NCBI GenBank assembly: GCA_000405685.1
Contig: ASPF01000006.1
Coordinates: forward strand, 1 to 56,092
Origin: Candidatus Geocrenenecus sp. JGI 0000106-J15
Lineage (GTDB): Archaea > Thermoproteota > Nitrososphaeria_A > Caldarchaeales > Wolframiiraptoraceae
Direction: 5' to 3'
DNA length: 56,092 nucleotides
A program made the translations under genes and the position numbers. Within the stretch, counting starts at the first letter, position 1, and every line of letters begins with the position of its first letter. Below the pieces are notes generated by a model that had not been told where the DNA came from, did no database searches, and saw only the letters and a list, made by a program, of their open reading frames with translations. Shown here one piece after another: positions 27,578-35,875 of the stretch.

Positions 27578-28250
27578 AAGACCAACAATCGAAGACATAG
27601 TATCTAGTCTACTAATAGATGAAGGATTCTATGAAATATCGAGAAATAATGAGATAATAGGAGCAGATAGTCAAATAATTTTATCCGATGGTAGAATAGA
27701 GATTGCGGTAAATATTCTAAGTGAAGATTCATGTAGTTCAAGATCTATAATTCATGAAACTCTGATCGAGACCTTGAAACTTAGAAGCAGATATGATAGT
27801 GTAATACTTGCAGTGCCGAGAAAATATTTGAAGATTGTTGATCAAGATGTTTTAGCTAAGTATGGGGTGGGATTAATAATCTATGATGTAATGGGTGCAG
27901 AAGAAGTTTTACCTCCAAGACTAAGTAATAATAGAAAAGAAAAAATACAAAATATCCAAGACAATCTTAGAGACGTTCATATTAATGAGATCACTCTTCT
28001 CCAGTCTGAGATCTCTAGGATAACGAAGATACTTGAAGAAATTGAAGCTAGATTGGATAGATTAGAGAGAGAACAGAGAATACTAACTGATAGAATTAGT
28101 GAGTTAGAAAGAAGAAAGTCTCCTACAATTGGTGCAGAAAGGTTAGCCCAGCCTATAAGTAGTAAAGTTGAAGAACGTGAGAATAAGGACAGCCTCCCTT
28201 CATATCTTAGAGATAATCCATGGATAGATATACTGTCTAAGAGAGCGTGA
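27570..28250 (+). CDS. rkd-2: Arcadin-2-like protein
   Basis: Immediately downstream of crenactin with an 8-nt overlap. About 226 aa. Globular N-terminal domain, heptad-like coiled coil 'ITLLQSEISRITKILEEIEARLDRLEREQRILTDRISELERRK', then a short C-terminal tail 'LPSYLRDNPWIDILSKRA'. Position and architecture fit arcadin-2. I cannot verify sequence identity. Confidence 0.6.
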   Translation: MPRRPTIEDIVSSLLIDEGFYEISRNNEIIGADSQIILSDGRIEIAVNILSEDSCSSRSIIHETLIETLKLRSRYDSVILAVPRKYLKIVDQDVLAKYGVGLIIYDVMGAEEVLPPRLSNNRKEKIQNIQDNLRDVHINEITLLQSEISRITKILEEIEARLDRLEREQRILTDRISELERRKSPTIGAERLAQPISSKVEERENKDSLPSYLRDNPWIDILSKRA

Positions 28251-29038
28251 ATATTCTGAAGATAATAGTTCTAGGATCAGGTTCAATAATTCCAACAAAA
28301 TATAGGTTCTCAACATCATTTCTAATAGAATATTCCATGGGAAGGATACTCTTAGATATTGGTCCAGGAACTATAGAGAAATTGAGGAGAATGAATGTTC
28401 ATCCCAACTCTATTGATAGATTATTCATAACCCATTTCCACCTAGACCATACATTAGATCTCCCAGCATTGATAAAAATTAGGATGTTTAATGAACTTGG
28501 AGGAGCTAACAAAAACCCTCGAATTCTAGACGTCTATGGTCCAACTGGTTTAATGAGCTTTATAGATAAATTATCTTCTATCAATGGTGTATATGGATAT
28601 CTCTCAGAGATGATGCGTAATCTAGATTTTCTTAGAATCCATGAGATAGGGGGAGGACTAGTAGAAGATTTAAAGAATCTTAAAGTTTATGCAGCATCTG
28701 TAGAGCATTATAATGGTTTAGCATATAGACTTGAAGTAGATAGTGTAACCATAGCGTACTCTGGAGACTCCACCTACGATGAGAGGATGATAAAGCTTGC
28801 AGAAAGCGTAGACATCCTCATACATGAATGTTCATTCCCGAAAGAATTACTTCTAGGAAAACATACTTCAGATGAAGAATTAGTAGAGATTGGGAGAAGA
28901 ACGAAGCCTAAGCTACTCGTTGTAAATCATCTATATCCAGCTTGGGAAGGGAGAGAAGAAGAACTTGAAGATAAACTTAGGAAAGATACTGGATGTAGAG
29001 TCTACGTAGTAAAAGATATGGATGTTATATACGTATAA
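28247..29038 (+). CDS. MBL-fold metallo-hydrolase (RNase Z/ElaC-like)
   Basis: 'ITHFHLDHTLD' and 'GDS...HEC'. The GTG start overlaps the arcadin-2-like stop (GTGA at 28247..28250). Confidence 0.75.
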   Translation: MNILKIIVLGSGSIIPTKYRFSTSFLIEYSMGRILLDIGPGTIEKLRRMNVHPNSIDRLFITHFHLDHTLDLPALIKIRMFNELGGANKNPRILDVYGPTGLMSFIDKLSSINGVYGYLSEMMRNLDFLRIHEIGGGLVEDLKNLKVYAASVEHYNGLAYRLEVDSVTIAYSGDSTYDERMIKLAESVDILIHECSFPKELLLGKHTSDEELVEIGRRTKPKLLVVNHLYPAWEGREEELEDKLRKDTGCRVYVVKDMDVIYV

Positions 29039-29122
29039 CCAAGATACTCTGCCCAGTTAATCGATTATCCGTGATAAACTATAATTTTAAAGAGAAGCTA
29101 ATCTACATAAAGGCGGTGAAAC

Positions 29123-29644
29123 TTGATCTTAAGTGATTTCGACCTTTGGGCATACATTAAGGGTGGACGTCTGATTATAGAGCCATTTGATGAATCTATA
29201 GTTAGAGAGAATGGTGTAGACCTTAGAATAGGTAGGATGGTCGCTAGAATGAAGAAAACCGATAACCCCTTGGACACTAGGAATACAGAGAAGATCGAGG
29301 AATTCTATACTCTTGAAGAAAGAGAAGACTTCATCATATGGCCTCATGAACATGTCCTTCTCCATACTCTTGAGTACATCAAGCTTCCAGTAGACTTGAT
29401 GGGTTTCGTAAACCTGAGGAGTAGCTATGCAAGAGTCGGATTAACTATCCCACCTACGATTATTGATGCAAACTTTGAAGGAGAATTAACTATAGAGCTT
29501 GTAGGCGGAGACTTCCCAGTAAAGCTTTACTCTGGGGATAGGTTCCTTCATGTTGTCTTTGCTAAGCTATCCTCTGCTGTAGAGAAGCCATATCAAGGAA
29601 GATATCAGGGTCAAAGAGGTGTAAGGCTGCCTTCATTTAAGTAG
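29123..29644 (+). CDS. dcd: dCTP deaminase / dUTPase-family protein
   Basis: 'MILSDFDLWAYIKGGRLIIEPF', 'NGVDLRIG' and 'RSSYARVGL'. The TTG start is preceded by GGCGGTGA, and the conserved N-terminus requires this start. Confidence 0.8.
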   Translation: MILSDFDLWAYIKGGRLIIEPFDESIVRENGVDLRIGRMVARMKKTDNPLDTRNTEKIEEFYTLEEREDFIIWPHEHVLLHTLEYIKLPVDLMGFVNLRSSYARVGLTIPPTIIDANFEGELTIELVGGDFPVKLYSGDRFLHVVFAKLSSAVEKPYQGRYQGQRGVRLPSFK

Positions 29645-30026
29645 CTTCTTCAATATACATTAATGGATAGCCTAACTCATCAATCCATCTCAGCCTCGCT
29701 TTAACTCTTACATCACCATACTCTACAATGACTATAACATCTAGAGATTCTGGAGTAACTACACCGTAATCATATGGTTCCAGTAGCCCTTTCCTTATTT
29801 TTTCAACATTAATCTTTATCTCTGTTCTTACTCTAAAAGGCTGAGATGAGAATGCGTTACTTAAAGCCTTTTCAAGTTCTTCTATTTTTTCTAAGTTTAC
29901 AGGCATACCTACAAGTTGATGAAAAATTGCTCCAAGAGATATTCCAGCCTCAAATATTGCATGTTCTGTATCAGTCAGTTTTAAGAAATATTTAAGAGCA
30001 GATGGATCATGTCTTCTAGAAACCAT
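29637..30026 (-). CDS. mptD: Dihydroneopterin aldolase MptD-like (PF04038-like)
   Basis: 129 aa. 'TEHAIFEAGISLGAIFHQLVG' resembles the archaeal MptD motif as I recall it. Confidence 0.5.
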   Translation of the reverse strand: MVSRRHDPSALKYFLKLTDTEHAIFEAGISLGAIFHQLVGMPVNLEKIEELEKALSNAFSSQPFRVRTEIKINVEKIRKGLLEPYDYGVVTPESLDVIVIVEYGDVRVKARLRWIDELGYPLMYIEEAT

Positions 30027-30150
30027 ACATGCTCACTTAGTCAACTAATAGAAAAATATTATTAGAAAGACTATAGATGAAACTCTAAGCGTAATAAAGA
30101 AATATTTAACAACCTCCTTTGAAGAAGGTATATTTGGGGACTACTAGAAG

Positions 30151-31302
30151 TTGAGTATAGCATTGTATAGACCAGATGCGGTGCTTGTCTGGCGTAATGA
30201 TGAAGTTGTAAAAAGACTAAAATGGTATAGGTCAGTTATGTTGAACAAGACTCCAGCAAAGTTCATGATATTGAAGTCTATTCCCGTAGATGTAGAGCTT
30301 GATGAAGCTTCAGATGAAGAATTATGGAAGCATAATGATGAATTACATAGAGAAGCCTTAGAACTATCCAATGAATACTTTGATAAAGGAGCTAGTGTAG
30401 ATAAATTAAAGATTGTAGAACCTTCATTCCTAGACTTGAAGATCAACCTTGCATACCGTATATTGAAGAAATGCCATTTCTGTGAATGGAGATGCAGCAT
30501 CAATAGATTAGGTGGACAGGTAGGAGTATGTAAACTTAACCATAGAGGATATGTTTCAAGCTTCTTCCATCATTATGGTGAAGAAGCTCCTCTCATAGGT
30601 GTAGAGGGTAAGGGAGGTTCGGGGACGATATTCTTCGCATCATGTACTTTCCACTGCGTATTCTGCCAAAACTGGGATATCTCGCAGCCTATCAGAAGTA
30701 TTGCCGATGAAGGTGTAGAGTCTGATGCCAGGAGACTTGCAGCTATAGCTAGGAGGCTTAGAATGGATGGGGCTGCAAACATAAACTATGTTGGAGGCGA
30801 GCCTACACCTAATCTCCATATAATTCTAGAATCTCTCAAATATCTAGATGTAAATGTTCCAATTCTATGGAATAGTAATATGTATATGAGTGAGGAGGCG
30901 ATGAGGCTGCTAATAGATGTTGTTGACATATGGTTGCCAGACTTCAAGTATTGGAGTAATGAGTGTGCTAAGAGACTTTCAAAAGTTGGCTCAAAGAAGA
31001 GTTACAGAGAAGTAGTAACAAGAAATCATCTAATTGCATCAGAGAATGGTGATATGATTATTAGACATCTTGTACTTCCAAACCATCTTGAATGCGACAC
31101 AAAACCTATACTTAGATGGATAGCGGAAAATATTGGAAATAAAGTTCTAGTAAATATTATGGAGCAGTATAGACCTGAACATAAAGTATTCTTGAAGCCT
31201 GAACTCTATAAAGACATTGCTAGAAGACCATACAGGGAAGAAATACTTGAAGCATACAATTATGCAAAACAACTAGGAATAATCTATGAACCAGTTTCCT
31301 AA
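30151..31302 (+). CDS. Radical SAM protein, PflX-like (COG1313)
   Basis: 'CTFHCVFCQNWDIS' CX3CX2C motif and an upstream Cys cluster 'CHFCEWRC...GVCKL'. The TTG start from the track is uncertain; an ATG lies about 30 codons in. Confidence 0.7.
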   Translation: MSIALYRPDAVLVWRNDEVVKRLKWYRSVMLNKTPAKFMILKSIPVDVELDEASDEELWKHNDELHREALELSNEYFDKGASVDKLKIVEPSFLDLKINLAYRILKKCHFCEWRCSINRLGGQVGVCKLNHRGYVSSFFHHYGEEAPLIGVEGKGGSGTIFFASCTFHCVFCQNWDISQPIRSIADEGVESDARRLAAIARRLRMDGAANINYVGGEPTPNLHIILESLKYLDVNVPILWNSNMYMSEEAMRLLIDVVDIWLPDFKYWSNECAKRLSKVGSKKSYREVVTRNHLIASENGDMIIRHLVLPNHLECDTKPILRWIAENIGNKVLVNIMEQYRPEHKVFLKPELYKDIARRPYREEILEAYNYAKQLGIIYEPVS

Positions 31303-31369
31303 TCTAAGCTCCCCTCTTAGATCCTTCTAGAGAGAATGATTTATTATGAAGTAGTGAATTGAATTATCT

Positions 31370-32554
31370 ATGGATTTTGAAAAATTAAGATCAGATTTTC
31401 CACTTCTTTCTCGATATACATATCTTGATACTGCCTCTAGTGGAGCAATGTCGAGACAAGTTCATAGAGCTATAGTTGAATTCATTGATAAATGGTTGTA
31501 TGAAGGTGAAGATTGGGATAGGGTCATAAAAGACGTAATTGAAGCTCGTAGATTATTTTCCTCAATGGTTAGAGTTAAAGATGATGAGTTAGCGCTTCTT
31601 CCAAATACTTCTACAGGATTAATTGCTGCTGCAAGCTCAATAGAGTGGAGAAAAGAATCAAATATAGTAATCGCTGAACACAATTTCCCAACAAATTTTA
31701 ACGTATTCTCATCTCTGATAAGAAATAGGGTAGTTAGAGAAATTAAAGTTGCAAGATATATTGATGGAAGAATCCCTATAGAAGAATATGAAAAACTGAT
31801 CGATGAAGATACTTTGCTAGTATCAGTAGACTTGGTAGGATGGCTTACAGGTTATGTAGAAGACTTGAGAACAGTTTCTAAGATAGCTCATGAAAAAGGA
31901 GCTCTAGTCTTAAGCGATATCTTTCATGCTGCTGGAGTATTCCCAGTCGATTTAAGAGACCTAGACATCGATATAGCTGTATGCGGATCATACAAGTGGC
32001 TTCTAGCACCTAGTGGGGCGGCATTCCTATACATTAAAAAAGAATTACTAGATACCGCCATAACAAATTGCTGGACAGGTTGGTTGGGTGTAAAAGACTC
32101 TGTAGTTGAAAGAATGATTGGAGGAGAGTGCAGGTTGTTCGAGAGACCGCTACCTTTACTAGACTCTCAGCCAGCTAGTAGAACCTCAAGATACGAATGG
32201 GGTAGCTGGGCTGGACCTACCGTAGTCGGGTTAACAGAATCTCTCAGATTCTTCCAGCAAATCAACATAGAATCAAGCTGGAGAAGAATACAAAAACTTA
32301 CATCAACTCTAGTTAACGCATTAGCTGATAGAGGTTTCCAAATCTTTTCCCCTCTTGAGAGAGATAGGATGAGCGGGATAGTCAGCCTCTCGACAAGAAA
32401 ATCATATGAAATTGCTGAAAAACTATCAAGAGATAAAATTATAGTCTCAGCTAGACCAGGAATTCTCAGGATATCCATAGATTTCTACAACAATGAAGAA
32501 GATGTGGAAAAGATTACGTATAAGCTTATAGAGATGAGGCAGAATTTACTCTAA
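31370..32554 (+). CDS. Class V aminotransferase / cysteine desulfurase-like PLP enzyme
   Basis: 394 aa. 'YLDTASSG', 'LLVSVDLV' and a likely PLP-lysine context 'CGSYKWLLAPSG'. Confidence 0.7.
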   Translation: MDFEKLRSDFPLLSRYTYLDTASSGAMSRQVHRAIVEFIDKWLYEGEDWDRVIKDVIEARRLFSSMVRVKDDELALLPNTSTGLIAAASSIEWRKESNIVIAEHNFPTNFNVFSSLIRNRVVREIKVARYIDGRIPIEEYEKLIDEDTLLVSVDLVGWLTGYVEDLRTVSKIAHEKGALVLSDIFHAAGVFPVDLRDLDIDIAVCGSYKWLLAPSGAAFLYIKKELLDTAITNCWTGWLGVKDSVVERMIGGECRLFERPLPLLDSQPASRTSRYEWGSWAGPTVVGLTESLRFFQQINIESSWRRIQKLTSTLVNALADRGFQIFSPLERDRMSGIVSLSTRKSYEIAEKLSRDKIIVSARPGILRISIDFYNNEEDVEKITYKLIEMRQNLL

Positions 32555-32976
32555 TCGGACTTAATAATCTTTATCGGGTCTTTCGAGATATCGATCACTG
32601 CTGGAGAGATATCTTCTAACAGGAAACTATAGTGGCCCTCTAGACCTTCTACTTCTTTACTTAGGACCTTGTATTGATCATCAACATATAATTCTTTTTC
32701 ACTATTTCTACATTTATGCATGATCTTGTCACCAGATTTTACATAGTATGCTTCAACATTCTTAGTTTGATTGCATATAAGAATTATCCATCTTCCATCA
32801 TCTGTATGTTCTGGTAAAAGACCATGGGTTGGGGATGTAGTACCTGGAGACCTATATCCAGCTCTTACTCTACCACATCTTCTACACTTCCAATATTCAT
32901 AAACTCTAAGTAATGTCTTTCCATCAAAAACGTTTACTATCCCCCCGTAAAGGTATTCATGACTACATTCACTCAT
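32551..32976 (-). CDS. Hypothetical protein with possible zinc ribbon
   Basis: 141 aa. 'CSHE...CRRCG' Cys/His pairs. No family recognised. Confidence 0.45.
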   Translation of the reverse strand: MSECSHEYLYGGIVNVFDGKTLLRVYEYWKCRRCGRVRAGYRSPGTTSPTHGLLPEHTDDGRWIILICNQTKNVEAYYVKSGDKIMHKCRNSEKELYVDDQYKVLSKEVEGLEGHYSFLLEDISPAVIDISKDPIKIIKSD

Positions 32977-32980
32977 ATTC

Positions 32981-33637
32981 TCACTCTTTCTCGAGAACTA
33001 CTACTTCTACTTTTGCTTTCTTCTTGAATTCTTCAACGTCTTTACTGCCTCCAACTATTGCACCATAATGCATAGGTATCGCAATCTTCGGCTTAAATTC
33101 ATTTACTGCTTCTGCCGCCTCCTCTGCAGTCATTACAAATGTTCCACTAACAGGTATTAATGCAATATCAACTTTTAAATCTTTCATTTCAGGTATGGAG
33201 TCTGTATCTCCAGCATGGTATAGTCTAACTCCACCTACTTCAACTATGTATCCAACCCCTCCAGCCATCTTAGGATGATATACAACGCCAGGCTCTCTAA
33301 ACTTATTAACATTATATGCAGGAATAACTTTAACGCCTACTCCTGAAATCTCTAGTTCATCCCCAGGCTTCACAAACTTTAACAAGCCTATTTTCAGAGA
33401 GCTAATCTGTTTCCTACATGGTTCTGCAGCTATAATCTCTGTATCTATAGTAGCTATTTTTCTTATGTCATCTAGGCTAAGATGATCAAAATGCTCATGT
33501 GAGATAAATATGTGTGTTGCTTTCTCTTTCGGCTTTATCTTATAAGGGTCAAAGTATATCTTCTTATCAGAATGTTTGACATAAAAAGAATCATGCCCGA
33601 GCCAGCTAATTTCAACCCCTTGATACACATATGGCAT
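32981..33637 (-). CDS. MBL-fold metal-dependent hydrolase (UPF0173-like)
   Basis: 'ISWLGHDSF', 'ISHEHFDHLS' and 'HAGDT'. Confidence 0.8.
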   Translation of the reverse strand: MPYVYQGVEISWLGHDSFYVKHSDKKIYFDPYKIKPKEKATHIFISHEHFDHLSLDDIRKIATIDTEIIAAEPCRKQISSLKIGLLKFVKPGDELEISGVGVKVIPAYNVNKFREPGVVYHPKMAGGVGYIVEVGGVRLYHAGDTDSIPEMKDLKVDIALIPVSGTFVMTAEEAAEAVNEFKPKIAIPMHYGAIVGGSKDVEEFKKKAKVEVVVLEKE

Positions 33638-33708
33638 ATACTAATATTCAACTTAGTTTCTTAAAAAACTTCCTAATCTACTAGTACAAAATGCAGACTC
33701 TGTACTAA

Positions 33709-33722
33709 ATTAATCGATTAAT
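33709..33722. promoter_or_regulatory. Perfect 14-bp palindrome ATTAATCGATTAAT in a divergent promoter region
   Basis: Read directly. The related TAATCGATTA occurs at 29058..29067 upstream of dcd, and attaatcgata at 41089..41099. Confidence 0.3.
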
Positions 33723-33789
33723 CAATTGAGAAGGGGAAATGGAGATACTTAAATATATGAGATGGCTAAACCAGTTATAATGTATAGAA

Positions 33790-34536
33790 ATGATGATTGA
33801 CGTTCATTGCCATCTCACAGATAATATCTTCCAAGATAGGCTTAACCAAATACTAGATGAAGCAAAGAATATAGGAGTACATGCATTTATCAGTTCAAGT
33901 CTTGGAGTTAAAGATTCAATAAAGCTTCTCGAGTTAAGTGATTATAAAACTATCTATCCCTCGATCGGTCTTATGCCATATAAACTGGAAGATTATGGAG
34001 AAGTAATAAAATTGATCGAAAAGAACTCAAATAAGATAATTGCAGTTGGTGAAGTAGGATTGGACTACCATCCTTCCACGAATGTTGATAAGACTTTACA
34101 GGAGAAAGTCTTCGTAGAGTTCATTGAGCTTGCTAAAAGACTCAACCTACCATTGATAATCCATTCTAGATCCGCTGGAAAATACGCTCTTCAAATACTG
34201 TTTAAGTATAATGCTGAGAGAATAATTATGCATGCTTTTGATGGTTCAGCATCTCAGGCTGAAGAAGGAGTAAAGAAAGGATACTACTTTAGCATCCCAC
34301 CATCAATCGCTAGAAGTCAACAAAAGCAAAAAATGGTGAAAAGATTACCGATCGAGAACCTCCTTCTAGAATCTGATGCACCCGCTCTATCGCCGATACC
34401 AGGAGAAATCAATAAACCATCAAACATAAAGATTTCGGCAGAATGGATAAGTAGGTTAAAATCTATCCCTATCGATAAAGTTGAAGAAGAAACGACGGAA
34501 AACGCACAATCTATATTTAGGATAAGAATACTCTAG
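33790..34536 (+). CDS. tatD: TatD-family metal-dependent hydrolase/DNase
   Basis: 'MIDVHCHL', 'GEVGLDY', 'IIHSR', 'HAFDGS' and 'LLLESDAP'. Confidence 0.85.
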   Translation: MMIDVHCHLTDNIFQDRLNQILDEAKNIGVHAFISSSLGVKDSIKLLELSDYKTIYPSIGLMPYKLEDYGEVIKLIEKNSNKIIAVGEVGLDYHPSTNVDKTLQEKVFVEFIELAKRLNLPLIIHSRSAGKYALQILFKYNAERIIMHAFDGSASQAEEGVKKGYYFSIPPSIARSQQKQKMVKRLPIENLLLESDAPALSPIPGEINKPSNIKISAEWISRLKSIPIDKVEEETTENAQSIFRIRIL

Positions 34537-34625
34537 CATGTTTTATGAACGCTGGACTTGGTCACAACGTTTTAACACCATCATCAAGAATAGATATGAT
34601 GGAGATCCTCTTCTAGAGACGGATA

Positions 34626-34740
34626 CTCAAATCCAAACGATTTGAGATAAAGGGTTCTTCACTCTTTAAATTAAGTTGATGATCTAAGAAATAGAATAAC
34701 ATATTCATATCGAAATCTCTCTTCCTCAAATAGATTTCGA
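34626..34740. promoter_or_regulatory. Two dyad/hairpin elements upstream of the RFC operon
   Basis: ctcaaatc-N5-gatttgag (34626..34646) and tcgaaatct-N13-agatttcga (34710..34740). Both share an AAATC/GATTT core inside a 338-bp ORF-poor gap. Confidence 0.3.
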
Positions 34741-34874
34741 GACATATGCGTAACTCTACTATCTAATCATAAATTCTTAATGACATTATCTAAATCATCG
34801 CATTGTAATTACTTCTTGAAATAGAAAGGAAAGACTAATAGGTTGGAATAAGATTAAAGTCTCAGGTGAACTAA

Positions 34875-35873
34875 ATGAGTCTGACAACAGTTGCGACACT
34901 TCCATGGGTTGAGAAATATAGACCTAAAACATTAAATGATGTAGTCAACCAAGAAGAAGTAATTACAAGTTTAAAGAATATCTTAAAAACAAAGGCTGTT
35001 CCACATATGCTTTTCGCAGGCCCGCCAGGAGTAGGCAAAACAGCAACAGCACATGCTTTCGCAAGAGACTTGTACGGACCAAACTACATAGAGGATGGAT
35101 GGTTTGTAGAGATTAATGCAAGCGATGAAAGAGGGATTCAAACTATTAGAGATAAGGTTAAGATGTTTGCTCGTCAGATCCCAATGGGGGGAGAGATTAG
35201 TTTTAAGATACTATTGCTTGATGAAAGTGATCAGCTGACAGACGATGCTCAACATGCTTTTAGAAGGGTTATGGAACAATATTCTAGTACCTGTAGATTT
35301 ATCTTGGCCGCTAACTATAGTAATAAGATTATTGAACCTATACAGAGTAGATGTGCAGTTTTCAGGTTTAGGCCATTGCTTAAGAAAGATGTTATTGGAA
35401 GAATAAAATGGATAGCTGAAAAGGAGAAGCTTGAAGTAGACGATGCAGCTCTAGAAACCATATACGAATTCAGTGAAGGAGATATGAGAAGAGCGATAAA
35501 CATTCTCCAGGCATCCGCTTCTATTACTAGTAAAATAGATGAGAAGACGGTCTACTATATCTTAGGATACGTAAGTAGAGGAGAGATTAGAAAGATACTG
35601 GAATTAGCGATGAGTGGAAACTTTACACAAGCAAGAGATGAATTAAGAAAACTAATCTACGTTCAGGGACTGGCAGGTTCAGATATAGTTTCAGCGATAT
35701 ACCGTGAACTATTCTATCTAGATCTAGCTGAAGAAGATAAACTTGAACTAATCGACTTACTTGGAGAAGTAGATTACAGGATAGCTGAAGGAGGAACGGA
35801 AGAAGTCCAGCTCATGGCCTTCTTAGCAAGACTTGCAGCTAAGTCAAGAAAGAAGATGAATATAGGGAGATAG
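34875..35873 (+). CDS. rfcS: Replication factor C small subunit
   Basis: 'PWVEKYRP', 'GPPGVGKT', 'LLDESDQL' and 'IQSRCAVFRF'. 332 aa, so no intein. Confidence 0.95.
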   Translation: MSLTTVATLPWVEKYRPKTLNDVVNQEEVITSLKNILKTKAVPHMLFAGPPGVGKTATAHAFARDLYGPNYIEDGWFVEINASDERGIQTIRDKVKMFARQIPMGGEISFKILLLDESDQLTDDAQHAFRRVMEQYSSTCRFILAANYSNKIIEPIQSRCAVFRFRPLLKKDVIGRIKWIAEKEKLEVDDAALETIYEFSEGDMRRAINILQASASITSKIDEKTVYYILGYVSRGEIRKILELAMSGNFTQARDELRKLIYVQGLAGSDIVSAIYRELFYLDLAEEDKLELIDLLGEVDYRIAEGGTEEVQLMAFLARLAAKSRKKMNIGR

Positions 35874-35875
35874 GG

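Noticed and set aside
3568-31302. MEMO-family gene (3568..4419) plus radical SAM gene (30151..31302) as an AmmeMemoRadiSam system
   Set aside because: The genes are 26 kb apart and no AMMECR1 gene is in the window. The radical SAM ORF looks PflX-like (extra N-terminal Cys cluster) rather than the system-specific enzyme.
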